This document shows, piece by piece, positions 60,317 to 64,000 of a DNA stretch of 64,000 nucleotides. Position 1 is the stretch's first letter, and each line of letters starts with the position of its first letter. The stretch spans positions 1 to 64,000 of the forward strand of contig JAVKOQ020000019.1 in the NCBI GenBank assembly GCA_031835245.2, in the 5' to 3' direction. The DNA comes from Balamuthia mandrillaris (taxonomy: Eukaryota). The position numbers and the translations under genes are program-made. Below the pieces are notes generated by a model. That model saw nothing but the letters and a program-made list of their open reading frames with translations. It was not told the DNA's origin and did not search any database.

Positions 60317-61434
60317 ATGAAGTATCTCGTTACCGTGGCCTTGTTGGCCTTGTTCGCTACTGCCACCCTTGCGCGAGTGAACTATGGCTCCGGAGATGTG
60401 ACCTATGATGGCGACGAAGTGACTTACGACGGCGGGGACGTCTCGTACGACGGCGGAGAGGTGACTTACGACGGTGGTGACGTGGCCTACGATGGTAGCG
60501 ATGTGACCTACGACGGCGGTGATGTCTCCTACGATGGCGGCGACGTGTCTTACGACGGTGGTGATGTCTCCTACGATGGAGGTGACGTGACTTACGATGG
60601 CGGTGACGTTTCCTACGACGGCAGCGACGTGACCTACGATGGAGGCGATGTCTCTTACGACGGTGGCGACGTGACTTATGATGGAGGCGACGTTTCCTAC
60701 GATGGTGGTGATGTCTCCTACGACGGCGGTGATGTTTCTTACGATGGAGGTGACGTGACCTACGATGGAGGCGATGTCTTAGATGGAGGTGACCGACGGG
60801 GTGATGTGCACGAGGCGGTGATGTCTCTTACGATGGTGGTGATGTCTCCTACGACGGCGGAGATGTCTCTTACGATGGCGGAGACATTGAATATGATGGA
60901 GGTGACGTTGATTACGACGGTAGCTGCCTTTACGTTGAGGGCATTACTTATGGTTCTGCTGAAGTGACCTATGGCGGCGGTGATGACGCTTACGATGGTG
61001 ATGACGTGACCTACGACGGTGGCGACGTGTCCTACGACGGTGGTGACGTGACTTATGATGGCGGTGATACCGCTTACGACGGTGGCGATGTGACCTACGA
61101 CGGCGGTGATGTCTCTTACGACGGCGGCGACGTGACCTACGACGGTGGTGACGTTTCCTACGACGGAGGTGATGTGACTTACGATGGAGGTGATGTCTCC
61201 TACGATGGTGGTGATGTCTCTTACGACGGTGGTGACGTGACCTACGATGGCGGTGATGTCTCATACGACGGTGGCGACGTGACCTACGATGGCGGTGATG
61301 TCTCCTACGATGGTGGTGATGTCTCTTACGACGGCGGTGATGTCTCCTACGATGGCGGTGACGTCTCTTACGACGGTGGTGACGTGGCCTACGACGGCAC
61401 CGCTTACGATGGCAGCGAGGAAGTGAACTACTAA
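60317..61434 (+). CDS. Secreted Gly/Asp/Tyr-rich heptad-repeat protein (S/T)YDGGDV with one net frameshift at ~60778-60813
   Basis: Signal peptide MKYLVTVALLALFATATLA; roughly 45 21-bp units with synonymous third-position variation. The frame resumes at 60814 and runs to TAA at 61434. Confidence 0.85.
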
Positions 61435-61852
61435 GCAATTGGTCAGACCACTGTTTTTTGCTGCTGGCTCCCACCTAGAAGGAGTTTTTTTGTTTTACCC
61501 CAAAAACATTTTGTTGGTACCTTTTGTTTTAGACTTTATTTTTTTGAATAAGAACAAAACAACAAAATAAACGCATTTCAACAATAATTCTTCATTCTTT
61601 CTCGTACCCTTTCTTTCTAGGCTGCCGCAAAGTGTTGAGGGACCCACCAAACTCTTGCAAAAGCGAAGAAGGCGGGGACAAATAAAAAGAGAAGAAAAAA
61701 AAGCATACAGGACCACACACCAAGACCCATGTGGTTATAACGCTAACAAACAACGGAGGACTGCATTTTTTCATCGCCTACTCTCAGGTACTTGCTTCTT
61801 CGCATGCTGCTGCGCGTGCAAAAGAACACTGTAAGAGCAAAAAACAAACAAT

Positions 61853-61862
61853 AAAAAAAAAA
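61853..61862 (-). terminator. Pol III oligo-T terminator of the 5S gene
   Basis: T10 run at the 5S 3' end. Confidence 0.85.
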
Positions 61863-61980
61863 GGATACAGCACGATGGATTCCCGGGTGGTCACCCACCC
61901 CAGTACTAACATCGCCTGGCGGAGCTTAACTTCGCTGATCGGACGGGAAGCGGTGCTTTCTCCGCAGTATGGCCGTATCC
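61862..61980 (-). rRNA. 5S ribosomal RNA, single dispersed copy
   Basis: The minus strand reads GGATACGGCCATACTGCGGAGAAAGCACCGCTTCCCGTCCGATCAGCGAAGTTAAGC...TTAGTACTGGGGTGGGTGACCACCCGGGAATCC...GCTGTATCCT. The terminal helix pairs and the length is ~119 nt. Confidence 0.97.
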
Positions 61981-62575
61981 GCCTGTGTAGCCACTTTCTT
62001 ACAGTATGACCGTATCCGACAGCGCCCTTCCTCGCTTGCTGTGCGGCACCGAAGGAATAAATGTCGACACGTAACAAACAACATGACGACACGGATGACA
62101 AACCCATGTCGACGCGGTTATGCAATAAAAATGTTGAGGAGTCGACAGCTGAATTTTTCCTTTGCCTATTTTTTTTGGTGGTGGAAGAACGGTGGGCGGT
62201 GCGGAGTGACCCGGCAAAACGGAACGAGAGAGAGAGAGAGAGAGCACGAGTTTGTCTTCTCCGCGTTTGCTCCTCCAAGCATACTGCACAAACGGACCCG
62301 TGGTGCAGTGAGTGATCTTCTTTGATCGTCAGACAGGTGCACGATCTTTTTCCCGATTTTTTTTTTTTTTTTTTTTTTACATAGTGGAGAAAGAAGACTT
62401 TTGTCCTCATTTTTTTTTAATTCTTTATGCACAGCAGGTAAAAACAAAACTCGACCCAACGTTCTCCCTTTTCTTCTGTTTCCAAACGATTCGTTCTAGT
62501 CCCACAAAAAAAAACCTCAGAAGAGGAAGAGATAGACGTCCCTCGAAAAGGAGAACAAGAGATTAACAAACTCGA

Positions 62576-64000
62576 ATGCAAAAGATGAAAATGAACAAAT
62601 TGGGCTTAGGCAACGCGCACTACTTTGAGGCCTCCAACCCCAAGTTTGAGGAGATCAAGCAGCTCCTCGAGCACGACAACCTCAAGGAAAAGCTGGAGGG
62701 AATGAAGCGGCTGGTGGCCCTCATGTCCAAGGGCAAGGACGTCTCGCTGCTCTACCCCAGCGTGGTCAAGAACGTCTTTTGCAAGAACATGCAGATCAAG
62801 AAGCTGGTCTACATGTACCTCGTGCACTATGCGGAGCTGGAGCCCGACCCCGCCCTGCTCGCCATCAACAACTTCCAGAGGGACATGGCCAGCGACAACC
62901 CGCTGATGAGGGCGTTGGGCCTGAGGGTCCTCTCCAGCATTCGGTTGAAGGTGATCGTGCAGGTAGTCGTGCTTTCCTGTAAGAAGGCCGCCAAGGACAC
63001 CTCGGCTTACGTTCGAAAAGCTGCTGCCCAAGCTCTTCCTAAAGTTTACAGGTTTCTTTCTTTCTCTTCTCTTCTCTTTTCTGCTTCTCGTCCTCGTTCT
63101 CGCTCTCGTTCTCGTTCTCGTTCTCGTTCTCGCTCACCTTCTCATATTCTGTGGCTAAAACTTTTGCTCTTGTTGACAACTTTATCTCAAAGTTTGGAAC
63201 CAGAAATGTTGCCGGACCTTATCGACATTCTGCAACTTTTGTTGAAAGATACGTCCACGATGGTCATCGGCAGCGCTATGGCAGCGTTCAACCATCTCTG
63301 TCCGACTCGGTTCGATATGTTGCACCCTCACTTCCGAAAGATTTGTCACATGTTGGCTGATGTGGATGAGTGGGGACAGACCGCCATCTTGGACGCCCTT
63401 ACAAAGTATGGCCGTACCCAGTTTCTGGATCCTAATCTGAGAGACGTATGATTCTTTCTTTTTTCCGTTCTGTATTCTCGTATATTTTATCATCTGACTC
63501 ACTTTGAATTTATAGTCATACCAAAAGCAAAAGAAGAAAAAGAAGCAAGCCAAAAAGGGTTCTGATGAGGAAGATGAGGAAAGTTCCAGCAGTGATTCTT
63601 CTTCTGATGAAGGAGAAAACCCATACGATGACGCTATGTATGACATGGATCCTGACCATCGCCTTCTGTTGAACGCTGCTGCTATGCTCTTACGCAGCCG
63701 CAATGCTGCTGTACGTTTATCAGCATTATAACTCACTCTCTCTCTCTCTCATTTTTTCTTGCTCTCTCTTCTCTCCTACTTTTGATGTTGTGCTCTCGCT
63801 TCTCTTTCTATTGTTCTATTCTCTCTTCTTTTTCTCAGTAACATAAACTTTAACTCATTTAACAACAGGTGGTAATGAGTGTAGCATCATTGTTGTATTA
63901 CCTTGCTCCGAACGAGGAAGCTGTTAAAGTGGGTAGACCGCTCACTCGTATGCTTCGTGGCACTCGCGAGCTGCAATACGCCATTCTTTCCAACATCGCC
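62576..64000 (+). CDS. AP3B: AP-3 complex subunit beta, 5' part (runs off the window)
   Basis: KLEGMKRLVALMSKGKDVS, KKLVYMYLVHYAE, RALGLRVLSSIR, DVDEWGQ, YGRTQFLDPN, MDPDHRLLL...SRNAAVVM. Confidence 0.93.

Noticed and set aside
60380..61430. 21-bp periodic array considered as a CRISPR-like array
   Set aside because: There are no unique spacers, and the variation is synonymous within a coding frame that follows a signal peptide.
60944..61474. Arg/His-rich ORF on the minus strand
   Set aside because: It is the antisense shadow of the YDGGDV repeat.
1..64000. tRNA genes
   Set aside because: No cloverleaf with convincing A/B boxes was seen by eye; tRNAscan-SE would be needed to exclude them.

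Overview
Gene-dense, intron-rich eukaryotic DNA with (AG)n-filled introns. The single 5S rRNA gene resembles my recollection of Acanthamoeba 5S, which suggests an Acanthamoeba/Balamuthia-like amoebozoan (inference). About 20 protein genes are supported: eEF2K-type alpha-kinase, LicD, 7TM-kinase, 2OG-Fe(II) oxygenase, TSR1, Mpv17/PMP22, ankyrin protein, p24, acyl-CoA oxidase, SH2-LRR-RapGAP, SDR, a large USP, claudin-like protein, RING-TRAF, GAS2/GAR protein and AP-3 beta. Most notable: (1) a solitary Fanzor2/TnpB-like gene (13670-15406, minus) with an added N-terminal C2H2 finger and AT-hook, a likely 5' UTR intron and no transposase, whose ORF stops inside a ~100-nt hairpin just before RuvC-III, followed by a structured omegaRNA-like tail; (2) an interleaved Hsp70/VIT-vWA chimeric gene; (3) a secreted (S/T)YDGGDV heptad-repeat protein; (4) a CpG-depleted island of pseudogenes broken by TGA stops in the first ~3.9 kb; (5) a recurrent TG(T/A)CGACA intergenic motif. 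Gene spans were assembled by eye, so boundaries are approximate, and no database searches or folding programs were run.
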